A stretch of DNA of 36,033 nt, from IMG/VR virus record IMGVR_UViG_3300020814_000003; one strand, written 5' to 3'. This DNA is from a virus. Of this stretch, positions 1-9,245 are shown one piece after another. Made by a program: the position numbers and the translations under genes. The notes beneath the pieces were generated by a model. It saw nothing but the letters and a program-made list of their open reading frames with translations, was not told the DNA's origin and searched no databases. Position 1 is the stretch's first letter, and each line of letters opens with the position of its first letter.

Positions 1-141
1 CCCGCCCCTGGAGGCGGATGCCCAGGCAAGGAAGGCGGTGCTGCTCGCCCCCACCGGCGGTGTTGAGCGCCGGGGGAGCGGGCCGATCATGCGCACCCGG
101 TTCACAGCCTGGTGCTACGGGGAGAGCCTGGTGGAGGCGGG
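1..141. repeat. Terminal direct repeat, left copy. It is identical to 35893-36033, which marks a circular or circularly permuted genome assembled as a linear contig.
   Basis: Read by eye: cccgcccctggaggcggatgcc...ctggtggaggcggg occurs at both ends, with 141/141 matches. Confidence 0.95.
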
Positions 142-319
142 ACGGATGGATCGTGCGGTGCAGGAGTGCCTGGGGAACCTGAGCCGGCGCACGGTGGACC
201 TGGCCCTGATCCATTCGGTTTTCCCCTCGCGCTCGGCGACAGGACGGGATGCAAACACGGGCTGGCCGCTGCAGTACAGCACCATGACCGTGATTTTCGA
301 TGAGCGAGAAGCAGGGTAG
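2..319 (+). CDS. 3' part of a neck/tail-completion protein at the HK97 gp11/DUF3168-like position. It is the same gene as 35801..36033, wrapped over the contig junction.
   Basis: The frame is continuous with ATG 35801 (MIDPLAALRQVLLADRAIQDLCESRVYVGELPPLEADAQARKAVLLAPTGG...). The gene follows the gp10-like gene and precedes the major tail gene. Stop at 317-319. Confidence 0.6.
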   Translation, partial: PPLEADAQARKAVLLAPTGGVERRGSGPIMRTRFTAWCYGESLVEAGRMDRAVQECLGNLSRRTVDLALIHSVFPSRSATGRDANTGWPLQYSTMTVIFDEREAG

Positions 320-328
320 GAGGTACAG

Positions 329-928
329 ATGACGCCCTATGAAATCATCATCAGCCCCTTCGAGGTGTTCACCGCCCCGGAGGGCACGGCGTTCCCGGAT
401 GTGGATACCGCGCCGCCGGCCCCCTGGGCGAAACTGGGGACCAACGGAGTCAGAAACTACTCCGAGGACGGTGTGACGGTCACCCACGAGCAGACCGTGG
501 AGGAGCACCGCACGGCGGGCTCCACCGGGCCCGTGAAGGTGTCGCGCCCCGAGGAGGGCCTGCTGGTCGACCTGGTCCTGGAGGACCTGTCGCTGGAGCA
601 GTACGCGAAGATCCTCAACGGGGTGACGGTCACGGATACGCCGGCGGCAGCCGGGACGCCCGGCATCCGGACGATCACCCTGCGCCAGGGCCCCTCGGTC
701 GCCTGCTTCGCGATGCTGATCCGCGGGCCTTCGCCCTACGCGGATGGCCTGGTCGCGCAGTACCAGGTGCCGCGGGCCTATCAGGGCGGGAATCCCGCGC
801 CGGTGTTCAGCAAGGGGGAGGCCGCCGGACTGGCCTGCCAGTTCAAGGCCCTCGAGGACCCGAACGCGGCCACGGACGCCGAGCGCTTTGGCAAGTTGGT
901 GGCCCAGGATGCCGAGGCCCTGCCCTAA
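329..928 (+). CDS. Major tail (tube) protein.
   Basis: 199 aa, with GGAGG 7 nt upstream of the ATG. It lies directly upstream of the chaperone/tape-measure genes, and high GC3 supports coding. The call is positional plus general sequence character (MTPYEIIISPFEVFTAPEGTAFP...). Confidence 0.55.
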   Translation: MTPYEIIISPFEVFTAPEGTAFPDVDTAPPAPWAKLGTNGVRNYSEDGVTVTHEQTVEEHRTAGSTGPVKVSRPEEGLLVDLVLEDLSLEQYAKILNGVTVTDTPAAAGTPGIRTITLRQGPSVACFAMLIRGPSPYADGLVAQYQVPRAYQGGNPAPVFSKGEAAGLACQFKALEDPNAATDAERFGKLVAQDAEALP

Positions 929-931
929 GCC

Positions 932-1375
932 ATGAGCGAAAACAAGAAGACCCTCGCGCTGTCCACCAAGCGCGAGCGACCCATCGTGCGCATTGATGGA
1001 GTGGAGTATCCCCTGCTGGCCGCGGAGGACCTGAAGCTCCGCGATGCGCTGTGGTTGGAAAAGACCTCCCCTCGGATCAGCAAGCTGTCCATGCAGGTCC
1101 AGGAGGAGGATTGCCCGGAGGAGGTGGCCGAGCAGCTCGCCGAGCTGGTGCTGCGCGTGTCGGACATCATCCTGGCGGAGGTGCCGCCGCCCGTGCGCGC
1201 TCGGCTCACCGACATGCAGAAGCTCGCCGTGATCCAGGCCTACATGGAAGGCCTGGCCGAGGAGAAGGAGAAGGCCGCCGCCCCTTTTCCCGCGGCCGCC
1301 AGCGGGGCGGAGACTGGCTCTCCTTCCTCCCCCGGCTCCAGCGATTCTACGGTGGGGGCCGCCCCGTCTGGTTAG
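932..1375 (+). CDS. Tail assembly chaperone (lambda gpG analogue).
   Basis: 147 aa, located between the major tail and tape measure genes. It has an acidic/low-complexity C-terminus and contains the slippery heptamer at 1282-1288. Confidence 0.6.
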   Translation: MSENKKTLALSTKRERPIVRIDGVEYPLLAAEDLKLRDALWLEKTSPRISKLSMQVQEEDCPEEVAEQLAELVLRVSDIILAEVPPPVRARLTDMQKLAVIQAYMEGLAEEKEKAAAPFPAAASGAETGSPSSPGSSDSTVGAAPSG

Positions 1376-1629
1376 ATCTGAGCGTGGCGGAGGTCCTGGA
1401 GTACATGCGGCAGCTCCCAGGACTGGCGGCAGAAGAGGCCCTGCGCACGGCGGATGCCGTGGCCCTGGGAAGCGGCACGATGAGGAGGGGCCAAGCGGCG
1501 GCGCTGCGCAGCCGCTGGCGGCGGCTGGTGGCGCAGCTGGAGCAGCCGGCCGCCCGGGGAGCGCCGCTGCGGCCGCTGACGGAGATCGGGATACGGGTGG
1601 TGCGGGGTGCCAGACGAGAATCTCGGTAG
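932..1629 (+). CDS. Tail assembly chaperone -1 frameshift product (gpGT analogue). It joins 932..1288 and 1288..1629.
   Basis: The -1 frame reads ...APF/SRGRQRGG...LDLSVAEVLEYMRQLPGLAAEEALRTADAVALG... It ends at 1629, overlapping the tape measure start. This arrangement is conserved in long-tailed phages. Confidence 0.45.
1282..1288 (+). promoter_or_regulatory. Candidate -1 programmed ribosomal frameshift heptamer, C CCT TTT in the zero frame.
   Basis: It fits the XXXYYYZ pattern in the correct phase of the 932 ORF. After a -1 slip both tRNAs re-pair perfectly (CCC, UUU), and the -1 frame stays open with high GC3 to 1629. Confidence 0.5.
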
Positions 1630-3493
1630 GGCAGTCTTAGAGCTCTCCACCGACAACTCCGGCCTCGACGAAGGGCTGGACCGGGCCGAGCAGCGCACGG
1701 GTCAGCGCATGAAGGCCCTGGGCGCTTCCATGACGAAGGCCGGGAAGGTCTTCTCTTTGGCGCTCACCACCCCGCTCATCGCCGGCTTCGGCGTGATAAC
1801 CAAGGCCGCCGCAGAGCAGGAAGAGGCGATGGCCGATCTGGCCAACGCCATCCGGGCCACGGGGCGCGAAGGCCAGATCAGCCTCGGCAACCTGGCCAAC
1901 CTGGCCACCGAGCTGCAGCGGGTCACCAAGTTCGGGGATGAAACCAGCCTCGCGGCGCTGACCCTGGTACAGCAGCTCGCCAATCTCGACGAGGAAGGGC
2001 TGAAGCAGATCCTGCCGCGCATACAGAACTTCGCGCAGGCCATGACCGGCGGGAACCTGGAGACGGCGGCCGCGCTCGTCGGAAAGACGCTGGGAAGCAC
2101 AACCAACGCCCTCAGCCGCTACGGCGTCGAAATAGACGGCACCGCCTCGAAGAGCGAGAAGCTGACGGCACTGATCGCCGCCCTGGATCAGAAGTTCGCC
2201 GGCGCCGCGCAGACGGCGGCCGCGGCCGGCATGGGACCGGTGACGCAGCTCAAGAATCTGCTCGGGGACTTCGGCGAGAATCTGGGCGCTGTGATCCTAC
2301 CTCTGGTGCAGAAGCTAGCCACCTGGCTGGGCGGGATCGTGGACTGGCTCAACAAGCTGAGCCCCAGCACGCGGGAGACGATCGTTACGATCGCTGCGCT
2401 GGCCGCCGCCCTGGGACCGCTGCTGTTGATTGGCGGGCAGCTGATCTCCGGCATCGGCACGCTGATGGCCGTATTCAAGGGCGTGGGCGGGGCGATGAGT
2501 CTGCTCTCCGCGGGCCCCATGGGGCTTATCATCGCCGGCGTGGCCGCCCTGGCCGTGGGCGTGGTGCTGCTGATCCAGAACTGGGACAAGGTCAGCGCCT
2601 TTTTCGTGAATCTCTGGAACGTGGTCAAGGAGGCATTCCAGAGCGCCATCGCGTTCATCAAGGACATCTTCGGCAAGGTCGTCGCCTGGATGTGGGAGAA
2701 CGCGGAATACCTGGCACTGGCCCTTGGTCCGGTAGCCTCCGCCGCGGTGCTCATCATCAAGAACTGGGATCAGATCCGGGAGTTTTTCCAGAAGCTCTGG
2801 GCTGATGTGGTGGGCTTCTTCACCAACGCCCGCGACAAGATCGCCGCAGCGATCCAGAGCATCCACGACAACACGATCGGGAAGTTCAAGGACCTGTTCG
2901 ACAAGATCGTCGGGCACTCCCTCGTGCCCGACCTAGTCAATGCCACGATCGATGAGTTCCGCCGCATGGATACCGGCGTGCAGAACATCGCCCAGGGCAT
3001 CAAGGACGGGCTGATCAGCGGCTTCGGCAGCGCCATGGCAGGCGTGGGAGAAGCGATCGTCAGCGGAGGGGATGCGTGGGCCGCATTCAAGGACGCCGCC
3101 AAGAACACGATCGCGGACGTGCTCATGATGATCGGCAAGGAGCTGCTGGTCTGGGCGATCAAGGCATCGATCCCGATCCTGGGGATCTTCAACCCGGCCG
3201 GGGCTGCGCTGGCCTACGCGGGATCGGCGGCCGCCTTCATCGCCTCCGGCGCCATCCGGGCCCTGGCCGGCGGGGGTTGGCTCACGGAGCCGGTGATCGG
3301 CGTGGGCCTGGAGACAGGGACGGCATACACCATGGCCGAGAATGAGCCGGAATACGTCGGGCGTGAGGGCCCACGGAGCAGCGAGCCGGCACTGATCCAA
3401 GTCCTTCTGGACAGCCGCGTGCTCGCCGAAACGACCGTGGACCTGCTGCGGTCGCGCAAGATCCTGGTCCCGATCCGGAGCGTGGTGTCATGA
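1607..3493 (+). CDS. Tape measure protein.
   Basis: 628 aa. The N-terminal region resembles the tape-measure domain (LGASMTKAGKVFSLALTTPLIAGFGVITKAAAEQEEAMADLANAIRATG...). It also has central hydrophobic helices and repeated NWDK/NWDQ motifs. Position is after the chaperone pair. The GTG start is uncertain. Confidence 0.8.
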   Translation: MPDENLGRAVLELSTDNSGLDEGLDRAEQRTGQRMKALGASMTKAGKVFSLALTTPLIAGFGVITKAAAEQEEAMADLANAIRATGREGQISLGNLANLATELQRVTKFGDETSLAALTLVQQLANLDEEGLKQILPRIQNFAQAMTGGNLETAAALVGKTLGSTTNALSRYGVEIDGTASKSEKLTALIAALDQKFAGAAQTAAAAGMGPVTQLKNLLGDFGENLGAVILPLVQKLATWLGGIVDWLNKLSPSTRETIVTIAALAAALGPLLLIGGQLISGIGTLMAVFKGVGGAMSLLSAGPMGLIIAGVAALAVGVVLLIQNWDKVSAFFVNLWNVVKEAFQSAIAFIKDIFGKVVAWMWENAEYLALALGPVASAAVLIIKNWDQIREFFQKLWADVVGFFTNARDKIAAAIQSIHDNTIGKFKDLFDKIVGHSLVPDLVNATIDEFRRMDTGVQNIAQGIKDGLISGFGSAMAGVGEAIVSGGDAWAAFKDAAKNTIADVLMMIGKELLVWAIKASIPILGIFNPAGAALAYAGSAAAFIASGAIRALAGGGWLTEPVIGVGLETGTAYTMAENEPEYVGREGPRSSEPALIQVLLDSRVLAETTVDLLRSRKILVPIRSVVS

Positions 3494-4239
3494 GCTTCCG
3501 CCTGCTGTACCGCAACCTGGGCGATGAGATGACCGTCACCGCCTCCACGGAGCGCAACGGCTTCCCAGCGACCAACGTGCAGCATCCGCACCTGGTGCGC
3601 GTCTGGAGGTCTTCGACGCCGGCAGGGGAAACGCTGCTCTTCGACGCCGGGGAAGGGCAGAAGATCTCCGCGGACATGATCGCCGTGCTGGCCCACAACC
3701 TGACCAGCGCGGCCACCCTCACGGTGAAGGCCAACGACGCGGCCGCCTGGGCCGCCCCGCCGCTTCAGGCCGCCGCGACGATCGTGCCGGGCATCATTCT
3801 GGTGGAGGCCTCCGGCATGTACCGGCTGTGGCTGCTGGAGTTCGAGGATGCGGACAACCCGGACGGCTACATCCAGATCGGTCGGGCGGGGCTATATGCG
3901 GCCTTCCGCACCGACGAGCCGCTGGACCGCGGGATCAAGGACGGGCTGGCCGACACCTCCCTGGTGGCGGATGGACCATCCGGGCAGCGGTTCGGCAACA
4001 AGGGACGCAGGGATCAAATCTATGAGCTGAAGTTCGGGCTACTCAGCGACCAGCTCAGGCGGGAGCTGAAGGCAATATACCGGGAGATCGGCAAACTGAC
4101 CGCGGTGATTGTCGTGCCTGATGACGACCGGCTGCGCCTGCCTCCGATATACGCATGCCTGGAGACGGACTTGGCCTTCACGGGTGCCGGCGGCTGGATG
4201 TGGCGGGATGAGATCATGAGGTTCAAGGAGACGCACTGA
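3490..4239 (+). CDS. Minor tail protein (distal-tail-protein position).
   Basis: 249 aa, with an ATGA overlap with the tape measure stop. It is the first gene after the TMP. Confidence 0.5.
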   Translation: MSFRLLYRNLGDEMTVTASTERNGFPATNVQHPHLVRVWRSSTPAGETLLFDAGEGQKISADMIAVLAHNLTSAATLTVKANDAAAWAAPPLQAAATIVPGIILVEASGMYRLWLLEFEDADNPDGYIQIGRAGLYAAFRTDEPLDRGIKDGLADTSLVADGPSGQRFGNKGRRDQIYELKFGLLSDQLRRELKAIYREIGKLTAVIVVPDDDRLRLPPIYACLETDLAFTGAGGWMWRDEIMRFKETH

Positions 4240-4997
4240 TGGCCGGGAGTCAGATAGAGATCGAGGCGCTCGCGTTCCAAACGCAGCGGCTGGGCTACCA
4301 GGCGATCAGCCTGACGCATTTCGGCGACAACGTGGAGCCGGAGATCGCGGCGGGCAGCGTGGTGGAGGTGGGCGGGGCGCTGTTCGAGTTCGGCGCGGAC
4401 GAGGCGATCGGCGGGCTGGGGGCGATCGCGGCGGGCTCGGACGTCTGGATCAAGCTGACGGTGGCCGGCACGGCGATCACGGCAACCGGAGTGACGGCGC
4501 CGGCGCCCACCTGGGACACCGCGAAGCAGGGCTGGTACTCCGGGGCGGAGCGCTACATCGGGGGCCTCTACAAGGACGCGGGCGGGGACTATGTCCGCAA
4601 ATATCTGTTCGAGTTCATGGGCATCAGCTCGATCAAGCTGTTCGGCGACGGCACCGTGGGCATCTGGGACGGCCTGGGCTTCCTCGCGAAGAAGGTCCTC
4701 GAGATCGGCGACTGGGACATGGATGCCTACGATTCCTCGTCCGTGGCGCTGGCACTGGGCGTCGCAGTAAATAAGGTTCGAATGGCTTCTGCCCTAATCA
4801 TTAACGATGCAGGCACTCGCACCTATCCAATCGACGGCTTTTATAGCGTTCCGGCAGAGCAACCATACGGCGGCATCTACTACCTGAATCCGACCGTCAT
4901 TTCCCTATGGCGAAAAGTCGGAGGCTTTTTTGACAACGCAGATTTTGACGCCACGCCCTATAACCGCGGCTGGGTGATGATCGAGTACGAGGTATAG
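4239..4997 (+). CDS. Minor tail protein with a compositionally distinct C-terminal domain.
   Basis: 252 aa, with an ATGA overlap with the previous gene. The last ~80 codons (about 4750-4997) are visibly less GC-rich than the rest. Confidence 0.5.
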   Translation: MAGSQIEIEALAFQTQRLGYQAISLTHFGDNVEPEIAAGSVVEVGGALFEFGADEAIGGLGAIAAGSDVWIKLTVAGTAITATGVTAPAPTWDTAKQGWYSGAERYIGGLYKDAGGDYVRKYLFEFMGISSIKLFGDGTVGIWDGLGFLAKKVLEIGDWDMDAYDSSSVALALGVAVNKVRMASALIINDAGTRTYPIDGFYSVPAEQPYGGIYYLNPTVISLWRKVGGFFDNADFDATPYNRGWVMIEYEV

Positions 4998-5004
4998 CGG
5001 GATG

Positions 5005-5382
5005 CTACGGCTTCCTGTTGGAGACGGTCAACGTCAGGCGATTGCTCCCCTGCGCGTCTCGGCTGGCGATGCCGCCGGCGAATCCATGGATGCACAAATG
5101 CTGCGCCTCCAACGAGAGCATGCCGAACCGGACCCTGGCGAACACCCGGAAGTCTCCTTCCATCGGATTGAACCAGGGCGGCCGGGCGGGTTGGAAATAG
5201 ATCGCCGATGCGCCGCCCACCTCCAGGGTGCTCGCAATCAGCACACTGGCCTGCATCTCGCTGTAGCCGTACCACTGGAGATCCGGAGCCAGCATGTCCG
5301 TTTGCTCGACGCCCAGGGTGAAGGCGTAGAGGAAAAGTATCCAGTTCATGGGGTCAAGTATAGCACAAAATGAGCGACGCAC
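5005..5382 (-). CDS. Reverse-oriented moron encoding a small secreted/envelope, beta-strand-rich protein.
   Basis: GC3 is high in this minus frame (checked codon by codon). The N-terminus is MRRSFCAILDPMNWILFLYAFTLGV (RR followed by a hydrophobic stretch). Alternating hydrophobic patterns follow (ASVLIASTLEVGGASAIYF, FRVFARVRFGMLSLEAQ). The start may be GTG 5382 or ATG 5349. No clear SD. Confidence 0.55.
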   Translation of the reverse strand: MRRSFCAILDPMNWILFLYAFTLGVEQTDMLAPDLQWYGYSEMQASVLIASTLEVGGASAIYFQPARPPWFNPMEGDFRVFARVRFGMLSLEAQHLCIHGFAGGIASRDAQGSNRLTLTVSNRKP

Positions 5383-7184
5383 CGGCTTCTAAAAAGATCA
5401 TCCTCCTGGAGCTGGACATCGGCAATCAGCATCGCATCTGGTTCTGCCGCTGGGCCTTCGTCTACTACTTCCTGCTGGATGCGATCTTCCCTCTGATCGA
5501 CCCCTCCTTCCTCAACGGCGTCACGGCGCTGGACATCGAGGAGGTCGGCTCCCTCTCCATGGACGCCATGGCGCTGCGCCAGGCCTCCGGCGTGGCCACG
5601 GTCCAGGGCGAAGGGGGCACCTTCTACTGGGACGCCGCGGCGCGCGGCGTCTATTTCCACCTGGATGACCACAACAGGCCGGCGATCCACCGCCTCGTCA
5701 TCGGCGTCGTGCTGGCCTTCGCCAACGAGGCCGGGCAGTACGGCAACACCATGTGCGAGGGCCGGCTGCTGTCTGCGCCGAATCTGGAGCAGCGCCGCGA
5801 CCCGCTCTTCTATGGCCGGCTGGAGTTTGGCGGGGGCACCGTGCAGCTCCGCAACGAGGACGGCGAACTGGACCTGGTTGCAGAGGAGCTGGATCTATTT
5901 GGCAACGCCGCGCGCCTGTTCCTGGGCTTCGACAACGAACCGCGGAGCAAGTTTCGCCGGCTGGGCACCTTCTCCATCGGGAAGGTCGACATCGGCGCCG
6001 ACACCGTCTCCGTGGAGCTCGCGGACATCCGGCGCTACCTGGCCAAGAGGATCCCCGACCGGCAGTTCAGCGTGGCCGACCACCCGGACATGGACCCGGG
6101 GGACGAAGGCAAGGCGATCCCGATCGGCTACGGCGTGCTGCGCAACATTCCCTGCTTCTGCCTCAACTCCAAGGAGCCGGCCCCGGCGCACTACAGCTTC
6201 GCCACGCTGGACACCACCTATCACGGCATCAAGGCGATTGATGCAGTCCGCATAAAGGGCGTGGCCAAGGTGCCGGCCGCTACAGACCTGAACGCCGGCA
6301 CGTTCACCCTGGCGGCAGCTGACTACTCCCCGGGAGACGAGGTCACGGCGGACATCCAGGCCTATAAGGACGATAGCGGCAACCTGATCGCCAACGCGCT
6401 GGACATCATCACGGACATCATGGCCTGCTGGCTAAGCGTGCCCTATTCCTCGACGGCCTACGAGCAGAGCGCCTGGGAGGCGGCGCGGGTGCAGGCGCCG
6501 GATTGCTGCTACTTCGCCGATGACCCGACGGAGATCAGCGAGATCGCCGAAGCCATGGCCGTCAGCGCCCCAGGTCTCTTCCTCCCGGATCCGGAGGGGC
6601 GGCACTCCTTCCGGATCCCGAACGACGGAGCCTACCCGGTGGAGATCTTCCACGAGAGCACGCCGCTGACGACCTCGAAGCTGGGCTACAGGCCGGCCGA
6701 GGTCATCGGGGTGATCCGGGTAGGCTACTCTCCGGACTGGGCGGCCGGGAAGAAGCGGAAGTATCTGCGGGACGACAGCATGGCCGCGGCCGTGCTGGAG
6801 CGGCACAAGACCGTCCCGGAAAAGACATTTGACACCTTCCTCACCACCGAGGCCGCCGCCCAGGCGTTCGTGCAGCGGGTGCTGCCGACGCTTTCCGTGC
6901 AACCGCGCCTGTTCGACACCACGCGAATGGTCGGCACCGAGCAGCGCCGGGTCGGCGACAACATCCAGGGGATCCTGCAGCGCCCCGATGGCCGGCCCTA
7001 CTTCGGGGAGGTCAAGGCGCAGGTGATCGGCGTCAGCTACGACCTGGGCACCGCCCAGGAGACGCTGACCTGCAGGCTGATCCAGCGGATCGGCGAATCG
7101 CTCTACGTGCAGGGCCGCTACTACGGCGATGGTTATTATGGGGCCGGGTACTACGCGGTCACGCAAGACCAGGAGGTTGTTTGA
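5370..7184 (+). CDS. Tail tip / host-specificity-type large tail protein.
   Basis: 604 aa. It is the largest tail protein after the TMP and lies upstream of the fibre gene. The call is positional. The ending is YY/GY-rich. Confidence 0.55.
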   Translation: MSDAPASKKIILLELDIGNQHRIWFCRWAFVYYFLLDAIFPLIDPSFLNGVTALDIEEVGSLSMDAMALRQASGVATVQGEGGTFYWDAAARGVYFHLDDHNRPAIHRLVIGVVLAFANEAGQYGNTMCEGRLLSAPNLEQRRDPLFYGRLEFGGGTVQLRNEDGELDLVAEELDLFGNAARLFLGFDNEPRSKFRRLGTFSIGKVDIGADTVSVELADIRRYLAKRIPDRQFSVADHPDMDPGDEGKAIPIGYGVLRNIPCFCLNSKEPAPAHYSFATLDTTYHGIKAIDAVRIKGVAKVPAATDLNAGTFTLAAADYSPGDEVTADIQAYKDDSGNLIANALDIITDIMACWLSVPYSSTAYEQSAWEAARVQAPDCCYFADDPTEISEIAEAMAVSAPGLFLPDPEGRHSFRIPNDGAYPVEIFHESTPLTTSKLGYRPAEVIGVIRVGYSPDWAAGKKRKYLRDDSMAAAVLERHKTVPEKTFDTFLTTEAAAQAFVQRVLPTLSVQPRLFDTTRMVGTEQRRVGDNIQGILQRPDGRPYFGEVKAQVIGVSYDLGTAQETLTCRLIQRIGESLYVQGRYYGDGYYGAGYYAVTQDQEVV

Positions 7185-8284
7185 TGGGTTATATGACGAT
7201 CACGCCGGCCGGCGTTGCCTTCACAGATCTGCCGCTCGCTGATGTCGGCGCCGCCGCCTTCCAGCTCGAGCATGACTGGTTCATCCGGCAGGACCTGGTG
7301 ATCCGCACGGCCGCCGGCGGCCGTGGGACGCTGCTGGTGGAAGGCACGGACTACGTGCTGTCCCAGGAGGACACCTACCTTTCGGGGCTCGCCACCGCCG
7401 CAGCAGGGGCCGGGCGCAACGTGTACGGCTTCATTGCCGTTATCAATGTCGCCTACCAGGCCGGGGCGTTGTACTTCAGCGGGAAATACGTGGCGGACTC
7501 CAACGCCCCGGAGGACGTGGAGTACCGTCGCGTCGTGGCGGTGAGCGGAGCGGACAAGACCATCCGCGACGATGATGGGATCGGCGTGCTGGAGGTGGAC
7601 CCCGACGGCGCCGACCGCACGGTGACGCTGCCCACGGTGGCCGACAACCTGCACCGCGAGCTCACCATCGTCAATTCGGCCGCGGTGGGCACGGCCTTCA
7701 AGGTCATCGTGGAGGGCGAGGGCGCGGAGCTCATCAACCAGGTCACCGCCTGGTGGCTGTTCCCCGGGCAGAGCATCACGCTCAAGAGCAACGGCACGAT
7801 CTGGCGGAAAATCGCGGGGCATGTGCCCATGGTGCACGTGCGAGACGAGAAGGCCGCCAACACGGCTGGCGGTACCTTCACCTCGGGAGCTTTCCAGACA
7901 CGCACCCTGAATACTATCGTCAATCGTGGTGGTGTCGGAGAGATCGCTGGCGCCAGCCTTGCAGCGAATAAGCTAACACTCCCGCCCGGTTCCTACGAAG
8001 TGTACGCCAGGGCGCCGGCGAACTACTGTAGTGCGCACAAGGCGGCCGTCTATGACACAACTGGGGCCGCTTACCTCGTGCACGGATCCAACGCGTGGAA
8101 TGGAGAGGGCGGCTATGCGCAAACCGATTCCATCGTGGTCGGGGCTTTCGTTCTCGCGATCGCTTCCGATATCACGCTGGTTCACAGGTGCACGACGACC
8201 CGCAATACAGACGGCTTCGGGCGCGCGGCCAACTTCGGCGTGAACGAGGTATACGCCGAGCTGGTCGTGCGAAAGGTGGCGTGA
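7184..8284 (+). CDS. Tail fibre / receptor-binding protein.
   Basis: 366 aa, with AGGAGG 7 nt upstream of ATG 7184. The C-terminal ~140 aa (GGTFTSGAFQTRTLNTIV...LTLPPGSYEVYARAPA...VYAELVVRKV) looks like the jelly-roll tip domain common in phage fibres. It is the last gene of the tail module. Confidence 0.6.
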   Translation: MGYMTITPAGVAFTDLPLADVGAAAFQLEHDWFIRQDLVIRTAAGGRGTLLVEGTDYVLSQEDTYLSGLATAAAGAGRNVYGFIAVINVAYQAGALYFSGKYVADSNAPEDVEYRRVVAVSGADKTIRDDDGIGVLEVDPDGADRTVTLPTVADNLHRELTIVNSAAVGTAFKVIVEGEGAELINQVTAWWLFPGQSITLKSNGTIWRKIAGHVPMVHVRDEKAANTAGGTFTSGAFQTRTLNTIVNRGGVGEIAGASLAANKLTLPPGSYEVYARAPANYCSAHKAAVYDTTGAAYLVHGSNAWNGEGGYAQTDSIVVGAFVLAIASDITLVHRCTTTRNTDGFGRAANFGVNEVYAELVVRKVA

Positions 8285-8286
8285 GC

Positions 8287-8598
8287 ATGGCCATCCTCGC
8301 TGCCGTCACCTCCACGGTCGCCTTGATAGTCTCCATCCTGGGCATCATCACATTCGGCATCGAGCGCAGGAAGGAGGCTGTGAAGGAGGGCATGCACTTG
8401 CAGGAAGTGAAGCAGTTCAAGGAGGACCTGGCCAGGGCGCATGAGAAGATCCGTGCCCTCCAGGAGAAAATGCAGGATCGCGAGGTGACGCTCGCCGAAT
8501 TGAGCCGGGACGTGAAACATATTGTTGAGGCCGTGCAGAGGATCGAAGCGAAACTGGACGAGCATATCGGGGCGCATATCCCGGAGCGGCCGACATGA
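8287..8598 (+). CDS. Membrane protein of the lysis cassette with an N-terminal TM helix and a coiled coil (holin-like or anchor).
   Basis: MAILAAVTSTVALIVSILGIITFGI is followed by a charged heptad region. AAGGTGG lies 8 nt upstream of the ATG, and the 3' end overlaps the endolysin start (ATGA). Confidence 0.6.
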   Translation: MAILAAVTSTVALIVSILGIITFGIERRKEAVKEGMHLQEVKQFKEDLARAHEKIRALQEKMQDREVTLAELSRDVKHIVEAVQRIEAKLDEHIGAHIPERPT

Positions 8599-9245
8599 CC
8601 GAGATCAACGTCTCCGCGCACACCCCCTACCACACGCAGGTCAACAACCGCTATTACCCGCACTCCAGCTGCAATACCACCTCCGCGGTGATGTGGATGC
8701 TGGACTGCGGGATCCCCGTGCCCGACACCGCCCCGCTGCAGCCGGAGGACTACCTCACCGGCCTGACGGAGCTCCCGGAGGCCTACGAGCTCATGCGCCA
8801 GGTGGCCCCCTGGGCCTACCACAATGGCCGGCCCGTGCTGCGGCCGGCGATGGTGCACGAGTGCCTGGACTGGGCGGTGAACCGCTGGGCCGGCCGGAAG
8901 GTGATCGACTTCCGCACGGACCTGCTCTTCGAGGACCTGGTCGCGGAGCTCGCGCGCGGCCGCGCGGTGATCGTCTCCGGTAGCTTCACTCCGCAGGGGC
9001 ACATGGTCTGCCTGGTCGGCGTGCGCACGCGCCAGGACCGCGCGGAGCTCGCGGATCCGGGGCGCGTGCACATCGAGCAGATCGACGGCTGGATCGTGGA
9101 CGATCCCTACGGAGACTTTCACACGGCCTACCGCGAGCGAGCTGGGAATGACCGCTTCTTCTGGTTCGACGAGCTCGACCGCCTGCTGAAGCTCCCTTGC
9201 CGGAACAAGAAATGGGGGCACATCTACGCCGGAGGCGAAACCTGA
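8595..9245 (+). CDS. Endolysin candidate, a papain-like cysteine peptidase (C39-like fold).
   Basis: 216 aa. The putative nucleophile context is YPHSSCNTTSAVMWMLDCG, with later GHMVCLVGV and IVDDPYG, i.e. a Cys-His-Asp order. The gene is embedded in the lysis cassette. Confidence 0.55.
   Translation: MTEINVSAHTPYHTQVNNRYYPHSSCNTTSAVMWMLDCGIPVPDTAPLQPEDYLTGLTELPEAYELMRQVAPWAYHNGRPVLRPAMVHECLDWAVNRWAGRKVIDFRTDLLFEDLVAELARGRAVIVSGSFTPQGHMVCLVGVRTRQDRAELADPGRVHIEQIDGWIVDDPYGDFHTAYRERAGNDRFFWFDELDRLLKLPCRNKKWGHIYAGGET

Noticed and set aside
5002-5373. + strand 123-aa ORF filling the gap between the two tail genes.
   Set aside because: The translation is not protein-like. The opposite-strand frame has clearly higher GC3 and a signal-like N-terminus, so the minus-strand gene is preferred.
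8172-9221. 349-aa minus-strand ORF opposite the holin-like and endolysin genes, and 10457..11467 and 33004..34248 on the minus strand.
   Set aside because: They are antisense shadows of coupled + strand genes, with no start context and low-complexity translations.
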